This document shows, in pieces, positions 12,421 through 25,718 of a DNA stretch of 64,000 nt. Numbering within the stretch: the first letter of the stretch is position 1; each line of letters opens with the position of its first letter. Source of the stretch: Mobula hypostoma (Eukaryota); NCBI RefSeq assembly GCF_963921235.1, contig NC_086097.1, positions 109,122,001-109,186,000 of the forward strand, read 5' to 3'. The translations under genes and the position numbers were made by a program. The notes under the pieces were generated by a model. That model was given only the letters and a program-made list of their open reading frames with translations. It had not been told where the DNA came from and did no database searches.

Positions 12421-12844
12421 TGGGGGGGGGGGAGAGAGAGAGGGAGAGACATCTGGTGGACTGCAGAGGGGTGGAAGATGGTGGGCAGATTGAACAATGA
12501 AGATGTGGTGGAGGGGTAAGTGAGAACAGATGATACATAGAGGTAGACTATAAAAAGAGGCAGGTGGGACCAGCTAGAGGGAGGGACATGAAGGTGGGGA
12601 CAGCTAGGAGAGTGATAAGCAGGAACATGAAAGGGCTACCGGTGCTAGAATCTGATAAGTAAGGAAAGAGATAATAAGAACCATTAGGGGAGACTTGAAT
12701 GGCAGATGGAATCAAAACTAGATGGGGGAGGGGGATGCCAGTGTGTGAAATGCTTTCCTACTATAGATGCTGCTCAGAAAACTGAGTTCCTCCAGCAGAT
12801 TGTTTGTTGCTCCAGATTCCAGAATTTGCTGTTTGTGTCTCATA

Positions 12845-13272
12845 TAGTCATAGAGCACCACAGCATTGAAACAGGTCCTTCAGCCCATCTAGTCTATGTG
12901 GAACTGTTACTCTGCCTAGTCCCTGTTGCCTACACCTGGACAATAGCCCTCCATATCTTCCCATCCATGTACTTAACCGAACTTCTTAAATGTTGCAATC
13001 GATCCTGCATCCAACACTTCCACTGGCAGCTCATTCCACAAGTGCACCACTCTCTGAGCGAAGAAGTTTCCCCACAGGTTCCCCTTTAATATTTCACCTC
13101 TCACCCTTAACCTAAGACCTCTAGCTCTATTCTCACTCAACCTCAGTGGAAAAGGCCTGCTTGCATTTACCCTATCTATACCCCTCATAAGTTTGCATAC
13201 CTCTATCAAATCTCAGCTCATTTTCATATACTCCAGGGAATGAAATCCTAACCTGTTCAACCTCTCCCTAAA
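12845..13272 (-). mobile_element. CR1 LINE 3' fragment
   Basis: ORF 12973-13209(-) MRGIDRV...GNFFAQRVVHLWNELP. Confidence 0.85.
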
Positions 13273-15119
13273 TATCATGAGAAACTGGATGAACCTCAAC
13301 AGGAATGAGAGACTGCACTCCAGTTGGGGTGCACCAGTTCATGCTATACAGCACATTGGATGTGAAATGGGACCACATCATTTAAAAACCGTTTATGTGT
13401 AGAATTAGTGCCCAAATATACCTTTCCCTTTTAATGATGTCTGGCAGCGCTGTGCAGCAAACACCCAGCATTCCTCCATTAACACGCTGTATATCTGAGC
13501 TGCAGCCCTTAAAATGTATATCTCAATCACCCTACAGTATTACCGAGTGCGTTGGTGGGGTCTCAGTTGAATTGGCTGCAAGGGAAACTGTTCAAGGAAG
13601 GAAATGTAAAACCCACGCGCTATCCTTGCTTTATGGACATGACCTTCACACTTCTGTGATTGAGATTGAGAGAAGGAAACATTATCTCATCAGCAGGAAC
13701 CCTGAACCAAGGTGGAGGCGTTGGCAACAGAGTGGTAAAACATGGAACTATCCAGTTTGACTTGCCACAATGCAGGATGAAAGTCCATAACTTCACTCTA
13801 GTGTTTAGAACTGTAGTTCACAAACACAGACTTTAAGCAGTCTCCATTGTGCCACTCACACACCTAGATTTTCACCCCATGTGCATGAACATCAATGCCA
13901 CTGTGACAACCATTTCTTCACTCTCCTAACTGAGTTACAGCTCTGATCAATTCATAGAATTGAAAGCACACACTTATCACACAGCCTGTTGCAGCTGAAT
14001 TGTGACAGCCACCCATACTGCGTAACTCTTATGACAATGATACCTTTAGTTGCAGCAGGGATTTAGTTGCAGCACTGACGCTGGGGTGACACTGGTTATA
14101 ACCCCTTTGCAATAGAGAATGTCATGGGCATAGTATCTACTGGACCTTTAACTGGCCCCCTTGCCCCACTGCAATGAATGTTCTGCTAGAGATCATCCAC
14201 ATGTCCTCCACAGACTTCCGAAGCACATCATTGTCATGCTCTTGTTCTTAATTTCACAATTTCTGCTGCTATCTATTACCAACCTCCACTCCCTCACCAA
14301 ACAGGAGATTCTGGTCAAAGGAGGTGAAACACAATGTCTCCTTGTGTCTGACAACAGTCAGCACAAACTCAGCTATTGGTACCACAAGGATTCAAGAGAC
14401 CACATTAGAAGCTTGAGTTTCAGTTGAAGAGACACCCAACTCTACAGGTTGCAAGGAGGCCAGAAAGATTGGAAAGCCATGTGCCAGCCTTTCAGAGAGC
14501 TAAGTTTGTACTGTAGATCACTTCTGGTAAGAGGATTGGGGAAGGATACAAAGAATACTGGGGAGATTGATGTGGGCCACATGAAAATGATTGAAACAGA
14601 GTCCTGTCTAGATGACAAGAAGTGTGAGATGTCTCTAACTTCTCACAAGAACTTTTCTGCAGCTAAGTGTATTTCTCTCCTGGTATACGTGTAGCCTGTG
14701 CTAGCTGCCATTGGCACTTTATGGTGGAATGGCACATGTAAAGACCTGTGGAACAGCATCTGCCTCTTTGAAACACAGATGAAGGCTACTTGGAGCCTTT
14801 GTGCTTTAGTGGAGTGATAAGCCACTGCAGTTAGTGGTCTTATCTCTCAGACTACCACTCTGCAATCTCCATTGATTCAGAGTATAAAACCAATCCCTTT
14901 ACCACACTGATCTGTGCCAAATGCACCCATTTTACATTAATCCCATTTTCCTCATAGTCCCACCAATTCCTCACCAGATTCTACCACTCATCTATTCACT
15001 ATGGACGATGCACAGTGGTTAATTAACCTACAAACTCACTGGCCTTTGGGACATGAGATGAAACTGGAGAACCTGGAGGAAACATCTGTGATCACGGAGA
15101 AACACAGCAAGCTAGCTGG

Positions 15120-15505
15120 TTAGTGCCCATGGCGGGTCAGCCAGCTCCATCGTGGGCACTAGCCACCCACTATCGATGACATCTTCAAGAAGGAGGCATC
15201 CACCATTAAGGATTCTCACCATCCAGGACATGCCGTCGTCTTGTTACCACCGCTGGGGAGGAGGTAGAGGAGGCTAAAGATGCACACTCATTGTTTTAGG
15301 AACAGCTTCTTCCTCCCCACCATCAGATTCTGAACGGTCCATGAGCCCATTAACGCTCAGCCTCACTGTTCTGCTCTCTTTTTGCACTACTCATTTATTT
15401 TTAATGTATTTCTTACTATAACGTATAATTATTTTGTATGTAGTGCTGCCACAAAACAACGAATTTCACGTCATATGTCAGTGACAATAAACCTGATTCT
15501 GAACT
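15120..15505 (+). repeat. Rex1-type LINE 3' fragment
   Basis: attaaggattctcaccatccaggacatg (IKDSHHPGH), then aggaacagcttcttcc and the aataaacctgattctga tail. Confidence 0.7.
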
Positions 15506-15562
15506 CTACTCAAATAGCACCGGAGGTCTGGATTGAAATCACAGTGCTAGAGCTGCAAAGCT

Positions 15563-16365
15563 TCCAAGTGCATTTATTATCAAAGTATTTATGCAGTATA
15601 CAACCCTGAGATTCGTCTTCCCCACAACAACCACGAAACAAAGTAAAAACATGGAACAGCCCCTGAGCCAAAAAAATAAATCATGCAAAGGACAACAAAA
15701 GAAAAGAGCGAAAAGCACAGAATTTAAAACACAAAATCGAAGAAAGAGTCCAGGCATGTTCAATTCACCTCAGTGTTCATTATTTGCAGTGACCCTGATT
15801 CTAAGTTGCCCAAAATAGCAACAAAAAAAGGAGTGATCAGAAAGCAGAAACACAGAGTCAATCCATAAACCATATCGATTAAATCTTGCCCAAGTTCCAG
15901 AACTCTAGCACCATCCTCTGACACCATCGTGCGAAAGAGAGACCATTCGAATACAGGGACTCTCCTCCGGGAACATGGGGCGGGGGGGCAGGAGGAGGGA
16001 GGGAGAGAGAGAGAAGATGGTAGAGGGCACTGAACACCTGCTCACCCTGATGATGTCAATCTTCAATCTTCCTCGGCGCTTTAATCGGCAATTTTGGCAA
16101 GAAATGGAGTGCATCGTGAGCTTGTGCCCTGACTCCTGGCTTCCTGGCCTTGACGCCGTGCGCTTCACAGAAATCCCTTGGAGACAGCAAAATGCTAGAT
16201 CACTCAACAGGCACAAAAACACACCATCAAACTGTAGATCACAGTCTCCAACAGTAGCAGAACCAAATTTGAAAGGAAAAGATGTAAAAGAAGTGGAAGT
16301 AGTTTCGTCAACTGTCTGAAGGATGTTGCCCTTGGTCATGTTGTTTGCTGGCGCCCTCTTCTTCC
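15563..16365 (-). repeat. Longer copy of the non-coding repeat also at 12036-12420
   Basis: Shared 3' block catttattatcaaagta...ctgagattcgtcttccc; no credible protein similarity. Confidence 0.5.
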
Positions 16366-17290
16366 AGTAGTACTTCTATTACCTTTGACATTGTACCACA
16401 TGTAGTCAAGATCCCTCATCTGCAAATTGAAATGTTCCTCAGGCTTTCATCATGTACTCATGCAGACAAAAGGGAAGATTGAGAGATTATTTACGGTGAA
16501 CTGAATGGCCCATTGCTTGATTTAGTAAAGGGTTAGGGTCCTAGAAAACATTGCATCAGGTGAAATGGTGTAAGTCAAAAACGCTTGGCAAGTTGTATAA
16601 TGGGCATTTTTAAACAGTGTAATTCTCTACAGTAAATGGTGTACCATTCCTAATAGTAAACAATAACTTCATGAACTGAAATCTAGCATCAAAAGATTTA
16701 GCAGCATTAGAGTGAGTATTTGAAGCTTGAATGTTCCTGAACTGAGGAGTTGCTATACAGCAACCCGGTAAAAATTGTTAAAGAGCAGGCATGCAAGTAA
16801 GAGAGAAAGGCGATGCAAAATCAAAGCAAATTAGAGTATAGATTATAGAAAAGATTAAGAAGAAAAAATATTAGGGGCCAAAAAAGTTGCACGTGTTCTT
16901 GAATGAGATGGGGAGGCAGTGTGGAGAAATGGGGTGGAAAACAATGAGAGTGTTGAGTTAGCATGCAATATATTGTTTGAGTATATCAAAAAAGAAAAAT
17001 ATTAAAGGTGTTAGCATATTTGAGAATAATAAATTACTAGAACCAGATGAAATATATCCCAGGCTGTTAAAGGAAGCAAGGCAAGACATTACAGTGGCTC
17101 CGGTCATTACTTTTCAACATCCCTGAATACAGGATGAAAGGCAGTATACGTTACAGTGGTGCTTAAAAAGACATAAACCAAGTAAGTCAAAGCCAGTTGG
17201 TGTAGCCTGAGATCCAATCTAACAGCTGGCGCCCAGTAAAACTCTCTTATTCTATGTTCCCTAATTCAATCATACACACAGACCATTATT

Positions 17291-17828
17291 GCTTCACTGA
17301 GCACCACCACTCCATCCCCCTCAAGCAGAACTTCCCAGTGGCCAAGCATTTTAATTCTGATTCCCATTCCTGTTCCAACATGTCAGTCTATGGCCTCCTC
17401 TTGTGACAAGATGAGGCTGCCCTCAGGGTGGAGGAGCAACATCTCATATTTTGTCTGGGTAGCCTCTAACCTGATGGCATGAATATTGATTTCCCCTTCC
17501 CCCTGTCTCTTCCTCTATTTCCCACATTAACCTTTTACCTCTTCTCACCTTCCTATCCCCTCCTCCTCCCCTTTTTCCTATGGTCCACTCTCCTGTCATA
17601 TCAGATTCCTCCTCCTCCAGCGCTTGACCTTTCCCACCCACCTGTCTTCACCTACCAGTTAGCCTCCTTCTGCCGCGCCCCCCCCCCCACCATTGTATTT
17701 TATTCTGGTAACTTCCCCCTTCCTTTGCAGTCCTGAAGAAGGGTCACGGCCCAGAGTGCTGACTGTTTATTCATGTTTTAGATTCTGCCTGACCAGCTGA
17801 GTTCCTCCAGCATTTTGTGTGTATTGCA
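17291..17828 (+). mobile_element. Penelope-like element 3' part (GIY-YIG C-terminus, pyrimidine-rich UTR, decayed hammerhead motif)
   Basis: PVAKHFNSDSHS...LRVEEQHLIFCLGSL*PDGMNIDF; cagtcctgaagaagggtcacggccc at 17728. Confidence 0.8.
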
Positions 17829-19409
17829 GTGCATACCAGAACACAGTTTTATTTGGTGGGTCCCACTGGTCTGACAACAGCAAAGTTTCCAAAGGTCTGC
17901 GGAATAGGGGAACAGCTTGCTGACCAATTTGGACACTTAGTTAGTTACTACTAGTTAGTTGTTTGCCTCCCGCTACTAATGCTGCAAGCTGTTCCTAATT
18001 CAACACTAGTGAACGGTACAGAATATTTCACAGCTTTATCAAACTAAGTGTAATTACTGGAAAAAATGAAATCACTTCCTCTGTTAATCATAAAAAAAGA
18101 CTTCAGGAGGTTTCGAGACTGCTGCAGAAGCTTCTAATAGTCCTGTCATTTACTAACATGTGAATAAGGAAAAAGACTGAGAATTAATTACACGAATTGA
18201 GATATCACATTGTGTTATTGCCATTTACTCACTGGGCTTGTGTCTATAATCCAGGCAACAACTAACTGAGATCATCTGATTAATGATAATTGTTTAGTGA
18301 AATAATTATTTGATGTTTCTCATTGGAAAAAAATATATCACCCTGGATTATGTAGAGTAATGATACTCATGCAGGTGTGTACAATTACAGAAATGCTAAC
18401 TTTGCTAACAGCAATTCACCATGAGCCAACAGGGTGCATTTTGAAACTGTAGACTCATCATAGAGTTTGCTTAGGCAGTGGCAACTTGGACTATTATTAT
18501 TAATCGTGTTTAGTATTTGCACAGTTTGTTTTTTGCACATTGGTTTATTTGTCAGTGTTTGTGTGTAGCTTTTCATTGATTCTTTTGTATTTCTTTGTAC
18601 TATTGTGAATGCCTGCAAAAAATTGGTGACATATACGTACTTTGAAAATCAATTTACTTTGAACTTTGAATTAGTTACTCAAATTTTATAATAAGAACCT
18701 ACCACATAATTTTATGCCAGGTTTGAGGTTGCTCACTGTGTTCTCTTAATGATCTGAATGAAAGGGAATTGGCATTTAAAAATATCAGGTAAGGGTTTGG
18801 TCATTTAGATAGACCTTCAAGTAGGTTATTTAAAAGTCCTTATTAAAATTTTCCAAGAACATTTAATAACATCTCTAATGGCTTGTTAATTTAGAATTTG
18901 AGATGCTTAAATGTATTTTATAGTATTTGGAGCTGTTTAAAATATATTTGATGGTTTTAGAATGTTCTTAGTTTTCAAGTTTTTGGACATGACAGAAATA
19001 TTTGAATTGTCTTCTAAATATTAGAAATTGGGTTTTTGCAGTTAAATTGGTGGGGGGAAAAACACTTTGTGTCATACTAACACTTTCTTGAAGTCCTATT
19101 TAACAGCTCAGACCTCAACTGAAAGATGCCTCGAATGGCATTGTCAGATTTCCCTGTGAAGTATTCCACTGTCTCCGCAACAACATTCACAATGTTTGCC
19201 CAGTTGCAAATTCAAACAGTACCTACACACAATGCTAGAAGATATCAAGTTCATGCACAAAGAACAATTCTCCTAGATACTGTTCTTCATCATCATGTCC
19301 AGGCATGTCTGATTTCCCATTGATACACTCTCCCATCCCCAACACTCCTCTGTTCATTGGAGCATATATTCATTCAGTAGAAACATCATTCAGTAGTTGA
19401 AAGCTATGG

Positions 19410-19770
19410 TTCGTTATGTGCCGTGTTGCATGATATAGGTAATTATGGTCTTCCCATGACCATGATTGTTCTTGGAAAATTTTTCTACAGAAGTGGCTTG
19501 CCATTACCTTTTTCTGGGCAGTGTCTTTTCAAGATGGGTGACCCCAGTCGTTATCAGTACTCTTCAGAGATTGCCTGCGTGGCGTCATTAGTCGGGTAAC
19601 CAGGAGTGGTGATGTGCACTAGTTGCACAAACGACCGTCCACTTTCTACTCCTATGGCTTCACCCGCCCCTGATCAGGAGGCTAAGCAGGTGCTAAAACT
19701 TGCCCAGGGTGACCTGTAGGCTAGTGGACCTTACCCCTCCTTTGGTAGAGATGCATCTCCCCACTCCCAT
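19410..19770 (-). repeat. SINE with RTE-like tail (family also at 34275-34463/37140-37278 and 52113-52520)
   Basis: Shared blocks ttcttgg(c/a)aaatttttctacagaagtggcttgccatt and ggctaagcaggtgcta...gggtgacctg in all copies. Confidence 0.65.
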
Positions 19771-19802
19771 TGAAAGAGCGTTGATTACATTGATATATTG
19801 AG

Positions 19803-20095
19803 ATATACAGCAGAGAAATAGGCCTGCTGAGGATGAGCCATCTACACTACTGCATTAATTCCATTCTTTTATTCTTTTCACACTCATCACTTTCCCACAG
19901 ATTCCATCACTCACCTACACGTTATGGGGAAAATTGCAGTGGCTAGTTAACCTGCACATCTCTGGGATGTGGGAGGAGACCCAGAGCACCTGGGGAGAAT
20001 GTGCAAGTTATACAGAGACACACCTGGGGTCAGGATTGAACTCTGGACTTCAGCGCTGAGAGGCAGTAGCTCGACAGCTGTGCCACTACCCTGCC
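19803..20095 (-). repeat. tRNA-derived SINE
   Basis: tctgggatgtgggaggagacccagagcacc and tgtgcaagttatacagagacacacctggggtcaggattgaac are a reverse V-SINE-like core and head. Confidence 0.65.
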
Positions 20096-20279
20096 CAAGT
20101 AGTAAAGGAAGTACTGGCTTTCAGGATTACACCCGGTGTGCCTGAGTGCTTGCAGGCAGTGACGAAAGTCACTATGAAATTATCAAAGTCAGTTTCAGCA
20201 CTATTTTACACAATGGTGTTCTTCTGTGAATCTCACAAAGGAAAATGCTCCTTACGCAAAAAACGTTGGTGACATCCGT

Positions 20280-20532
20280 AACACTCAGTGATTCAGGAAC
20301 AGCTTCTTTCCCTCTGCCATCCGATTCCTAAATGGACTTTGAACCCATGAACACTACCTCACATTTTTTATATATATTCTTTTCTTCATAATTTTTAATC
20401 TATTCAATACACATATATTGTAATTTATTTATTTAATTTTCTTCTATATTATGTATTGCATTGAACTGCTGCTGCTCAGTTAACACATTTCATGACACAT
20501 GCCAGTGATTATAAACCTGATTCTGATTCTGA
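20280..20532 (+). repeat. Rex1-type LINE 3' end
   Basis: ttcaggaacagcttctttccctctgccatccg...ataaacctgattctgattctga. Confidence 0.7.
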
Positions 20533-21015
20533 CCTTTTATGTTGTTAAAGGGCAGTAAGATAGTAATGCAATTTCTAGACTCTGGTTGGTGATATGCAAT
20601 CACATTGTTCTTCTCTCAGTCCAGTTTTCAACTGCATGTCATGTTTTTAATGAAATTGTGTGAAGGAATGTCTAAGTGTATGATTGTGACACTTCCAGTG
20701 GACCTGGCCTTTGCCAGCCATCAAAGTTTTGTATATCTAACGGAGGTGTAAACATTTGCCTTTCAACATGCTCTTATTTCCTGTTGTGCCCGAATGATAT
20801 GAAAGGCTTTGCTGTGGGGAATCTTCCTAAAGTTTTCAGCCATTCAGGTAGGAGCTTGTAAAATACAGGGTCATAAGTTTTAACCGATATTTATGGATGC
20901 GTCCATTGCTTACAGCATCTGCAGCAGTACATTTTTGTATATACGGCTAATAGAAGGGTTGTTAACATTGCAACATTTGTTCATTGTAAGGTAATTGCCA
21001 TAACTTTTTTTTTAG

Positions 21016-21136
21016 GCTTCATTGATTTTATTGTGGAGCCAACATTTTCGGTTCTGACTGATATATCTGAAAAGATTGTAACTCCTCTTATTGATGAAGC
21101 GTCCCGCCCTGGTGCTTGTGGATTTCGACCTTGCAG
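21016..21136 (+). CDS. PDE1C: PDE1C-like coding exon (end of catalytic domain)
   Basis: T-run then ag acceptor, gttggt donor, 121 nt. (G)FIDFIVEPTFSVLTDISEKIVTPLIDEASRPGACGFRPC(S); the phase-1 join G+GC gives Gly. Confidence 0.94.
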
Positions 21137-21906
21137 GTTGGTGTTTGAGGTCAAGACACCTCATCTCCCTGAATGTAACTCATTTTCATTTATGGTGACG
21201 TGGTTCCTCCTGTTTTTAATTTTCTAATTCCCATCACTCTCCGAAATGACTGCTGAAGGGATAATTGGCAGCTGATAGCCCTGTCCTGACCCAGCTCTTC
21301 CAGGGAGAAGTTGATGGAGACTGACCAATGACAGAGATGGGAAATGATAAAGATGAAGTCTATACTTCCAGTCATTCTCAGACCTCCCCCACCTTGATCT
21401 GACTGGCTCCTAAGTTTAGCTGTAGATGGCCACCAGTACAGTCCTGTGTAAATAAGCAGATTAGGTTCCAGTAATAACAATGTGACCTCTGTCTGAATTT
21501 ATTCCGCTCCTTGAAATGTAAATTTGATTGTCTAGGTAGGAAATTGAAAGTATTTTATAATTTTTTGGGCTTTTGGTAAGTAGGAGGAGCAGGAGTCTAA
21601 GCTGATCATTTCAAAAGGTCGCAGGAGCCAAAAGCTATCTGCTTTGGGAGGCACTCTATACATCAGCATGCATCATGGCCCTCTCCAACCTCAAAAATGC
21701 AAGGATGTGTGCTGCTGTTTCATTCTGCCCACTAATGATGTTGTTTATTTGGTAGGATCTCTCTGCCCCTCAGCTTTATGGGTTCTTGAACCATTTAATG
21801 ACTAAGCACAACATAGCCCATCCCATCTCCCTGTCAGTGTCCGAGCCACTGTGTTTACTTGTTTCTGCTGTTTTACTGTGAATCTATTTATTTTCCTTGT
21901 CTCCAG

Positions 21907-22082
21907 TCTGAATAGTATTCCATCTACTGATGTGAAACATTCAAAGCTGAAGCATACAGGGGCTGAAGGATGTTCCTCAATAAACTCTTCCCTGCTTACT
22001 GTGGATTTGAAGAACTTTAAAAGTAGCTGGAATGAAATATTACAACAAAACCGTGAGAAATGGAAGGCACTGCATGCGAAAG
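21907..22082 (+). CDS. PDE1C: PDE1C-like coding exon (post-catalytic region)
   Basis: ttgtctccag acceptor, gtcagt donor, 176 nt. (S)LNSIPSTDVKHSKLKHTGAEGCSSINSSLLTVDLKNFKSSWNEILQQNREKWKALHAK resembles PDE1C SLNSI...NRERW; the join AG+T gives Ser. Confidence 0.9.
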
Positions 22083-22439
22083 GTCAGTGAATCATTATGT
22101 CCGAGGCGATACATGTCTCTCAATTCATTTTATGTAATTTATATAATGTGCAATTGAAATGGCATATTAGTGAAGATTAATTTATCAACATTTTAGTGAT
22201 TTACTTTCTCAAAGCTATTTTGTCTCTGTAAGATCCACAAGTCCTGAGCTAATTAACACTTCAGTCAGTGACAAACCTATTTGTCCATTTGGTGCATTTA
22301 TCTAGGGTTTTGCCAAGAGGTAACAGTAATTATGCTGCCTCACAGTAAGGTTGGTTATAGACTTCCTGCCAAAATAGGCAAGAGGAGAGTTCCAGCAGTT
22401 TATTGCGTTAAAATCAGTGTCCAATTTATCAATAAATCC

Positions 22440-23340
22440 TAGTCAAGTTTATTGTTATTTAACTATATACATGTGTACCGTCAGACGAGACAATGTTTCT
22501 CTGGACCAGGGAGTAAAGCACAGTAGTACACATAATACACAATAACTTAGGAAAGTAAGAATTAAATCTACAAATGAAATAAGCTTAGATAAACAAAGTA
22601 AAGAGCATAAATTAAATATTGTTGGGTACAGAACCAATTATGCAGAGACACTTTGAATATGATTTGGCTGGAAGTTCAGAATCCTGATGGCCTGAGGGAA
22701 GAAGCTGTTTCCCATTCTGACCGTTCTTGTCTTTGTGCGTCGGAGTCTCCTGCCTGATGGTAGAAAGTCAAAGAGGATGCTAGATGGATGGGTGGGATCC
22801 TTAATAATACTAAAGGCCCTGCCTACACAGTGCTCCTGATAAATGCCCCAGATGGATGGTAGGGAGATGCCTATGATCCATTTGGCTGTTCTGAGAGTCT
22901 TTTGTAGGGATTCCGGTCCGATGCTCTGCTGCTCTCGTACCAGATGGAGGTGCAGCTTGTCACGGTCAGTGGTGCTCCTGTAAAATTCAGCTGAGGTGGC
23001 AGGGAAATAGCCTTGTTTGCCTCAATCTCTTCAGGAAGTGGAGGCATTACTGTTTCTTCTTATTCAACTTCCAGGAGCTTGGTGCACTTACCTCTGTCTA
23101 TAAAGGAGCCATGTCTGCACAGAGGGGGATGCTTCATCTGCACCTTCCTAAAGCCCACAATCATTTCCTTGGTCTACTTCACTCTCAGACCTAGGTTGTT
23201 GTTCTCACACCAGTCCACCAGCTGCTCCACTTCCTCTCTGTACTCCGACTTATCACTGTTGTTGATGAGGCCAACCACTGCCTGCAAACTTGATGGCACG
23301 GTTTGAGCTGAATCCTGCCACAGAGTCATGTGTCAACATA
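22440..23340 (-). mobile_element. Rex1/Babar LINE 3' fragment
   Basis: The reverse strand has the RT domain 5-7 remnant (ccatcaagtttgcagg..., gtggtgtgagaacaacaacct) and the C-terminal ...gaacagcttcttccctcaggccatcagg. Confidence 0.75.
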
Positions 23341-23845
23341 TGAAGATATCTCAATGATTTTTCACAAAATCAAAGAAAAAGTGCTTTTTATTGTAATTTG
23401 AAATTTATATTGTTGCAGTGCTATAGGTATCTATGGAGATAACACTTTTACTGTGCATGGTAAACACTTTGCTAGCATACAATTAATTCCTAAAATCATA
23501 CAAGGGTAGTTGAACCGGACCAGAACCGTCTCACCTTTGCTGTGAAGAAGATGCTGCTCTCTGCTCAGTGTCTCTCCGCAAAGAATATCCAGCTCAAGGA
23601 CTCAAACACATTTCACGCGGCACGTTGGTGCATTATAGCCTTCAAGTGATGAAGCATTCTGGACCAAATACCTGGCATTGTAGCACATTTGTGGATCTAA
23701 TTGGTTTACTACCTCCTTTTAATTGGTGGGCAGCAATTGTATACTTCTGGCTCACTAATGCTATCCAGACAAATGTGAAAAATACAGGTGGCTGGTATAT
23801 ATTCTGTCTTTGCATCAGCAAATATGGGTCCTGAGATAAAGACAA

Positions 23846-24210
23846 GAAAATCTATAGATGCTGGAAATCCAAAGGATCACACACAAAATGCTGGAGGAAC
23901 TCAGCAGGTCAGGCAACATCCATGGAAATGAATAAACAGTCAACATTTCAGGCCAAGATCCTCCTCCAGGACTGAAATGGAAGGAGAAAGCTGTCAGAAT
24001 AAAGAAGGGGAAGGAGGAGACCTAGAATGTGATAGATGAAGCCAAGTGGGTGGGAAAGGTAAAGGGCCGGAGAAGCAGGAATCTGATAGGAGAGCAGAGT
24101 GAACCATCAGAGAAAGGGAAGGAGGAGGGGGCCTGGGGAGGAGTGAGAGGCAGGTGAGAAGAGGCAACGGGCCAGAGTGGGGAATAGAAGAAAAGGGGAG
24201 GAGGAGGGGA
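23846..24210 (-). mobile_element. Penelope-like element 3' part
   Basis: Reverse complement of the 17500-17828/42880-43150 type sequence, with a decayed hammerhead motif at about 23937-23974. Confidence 0.75.
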
Positions 24211-25031
24211 AAATGCCATCTTTAAATGGTAGAGGCTGTCTACCAAAGACAGCCAATACTATAATCAGCTGCACTAAGTAAAATGTAGCAATATTTCCTA
24301 TTATCAAAGTTTGTGAAATTTATTAACACAGAATGCGGAGCCAGAGGCATGGAAGGTTTCGGTTAATGTCTTTTCATAACATCGAAAGTCTGAACATACT
24401 GTACATATACTCACAAGCAAGCAGGGTTACTCAGACATTTTGAAGGGATCGTTAACATTTTATTGCTGTTTGATCGCTATCTACTGTCATAAGAACACAG
24501 TCACATTCAGCCTTTAGCAGTTATTTCAAGTTACTAAAATTCCATGGGAATTGCCATAACAGTAAGCACAGTATCCCAGTTGTCCCATGGATGCTGTCTG
24601 TGCGGAATTTGAATTTTCTTTTTATGACAGCGTGGTGTTCACATGGCGCCCCAGTTTTCACTCACGCTCCAAAGACTGGCAGTTTAGTTAGCCCCTGTAA
24701 ATTGTTGGAGGGTGGTAGGACAAACAAATTGGAGGAAATGTACACGTGAAGGAGACTAACCTACAGGGAAGTAAGTGGTGAGCAGGGTTGCTCTGAAACT
24801 AGCAGAAACTCTATTAACCAAGTGGCCTTCTTCTATGAAAGGTAGAACAGTGAGGCTTCTGAACAAATGTGTTGTTCTCTGGTTTGGGTGTATTTGTAAG
24901 CAGTTCCTTATGCAATGCACTAAAACTGCCATAACAAGCATGGAGAGGAGCAATGGACCAGATCAGGCCATCGTGCTGTTCGGCTAGTTCTCTGACTATC
25001 AGGAAAAAGCAACACATGCACTGTTATTTTA

Positions 25032-25425
25032 CCATAAGATGTAGGAGCAGAATTAAGCCATATAACCCATCGAGTCTGCTCCGCCATTCCATCATCGTTG
25101 ATTTATAATCCCTCTCAACTCCACTCCTATGGCTTCTCCCCATAACCATTGACACCCTGACTAATCAAGAACCTATCAAGCTCTACTCTAAATATACCCA
25201 ATGACTTGGCCCCCACTGCTACCTGTGGCAATAAATTCCACAGTTTCAGTACTACCCTCTGGCTAAAGAAATTCCTTCTCATCTCTGTTCTATGGGGACA
25301 TCCTTCAATTCTGAGGCTGGGCCCTCTGGTCCTCGTCTCATCCACGATAGGAAACATCCACTCTACTGAGACCTTTCAATATTTAATAGGTTTCAATGAG
25401 ATCCCCCCTCACTCTTCTAAACTAG
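25032..25425 (-). mobile_element. CR1 LINE 3' fragment
   Basis: ORF 25127-25357(-) MFPIVDETRTRGPSLRIEG...NFFSQRVV.LWNLLP. Confidence 0.85.
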
Positions 25426-25718
25426 GCTAGACCAGGGAGATTGCAAACATCTTGCTGCTTGCTGTCTGCTGCTGGGTAATGGAACTCACTGAGGCTCCCT
25501 TCTCATAGTAAATTAATTATATTTGATTCTCTCAATAGAGACCAACTGGTGGTTAAAGGAAGGGTTTTTTTGAATCCAATGTTGCAGTGTTGTTAGGCCT
25601 GTATAGGTAGGCATCTACCAGTCTCCACCCAGTTAACTGAAGTCACCTGCCACTCGTTTCCAATTCATCACCTGCAGCCCACTTAAACCCAGCTCCAGTT
25701 CACGGTTCTTGTTCCCTC

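Noticed and set aside
17940..18400. AT-rich non-repeat stretch that could be a conserved non-coding enhancer
   Set aside because: It cannot be supported without cross-species alignment.
21230..21480. Purine-rich stretch after the 21016-21136 exon as a possible extra exon
   Set aside because: The frames I tested hit stops, and the flanking exons already join in frame with PDE1C-like sequence.
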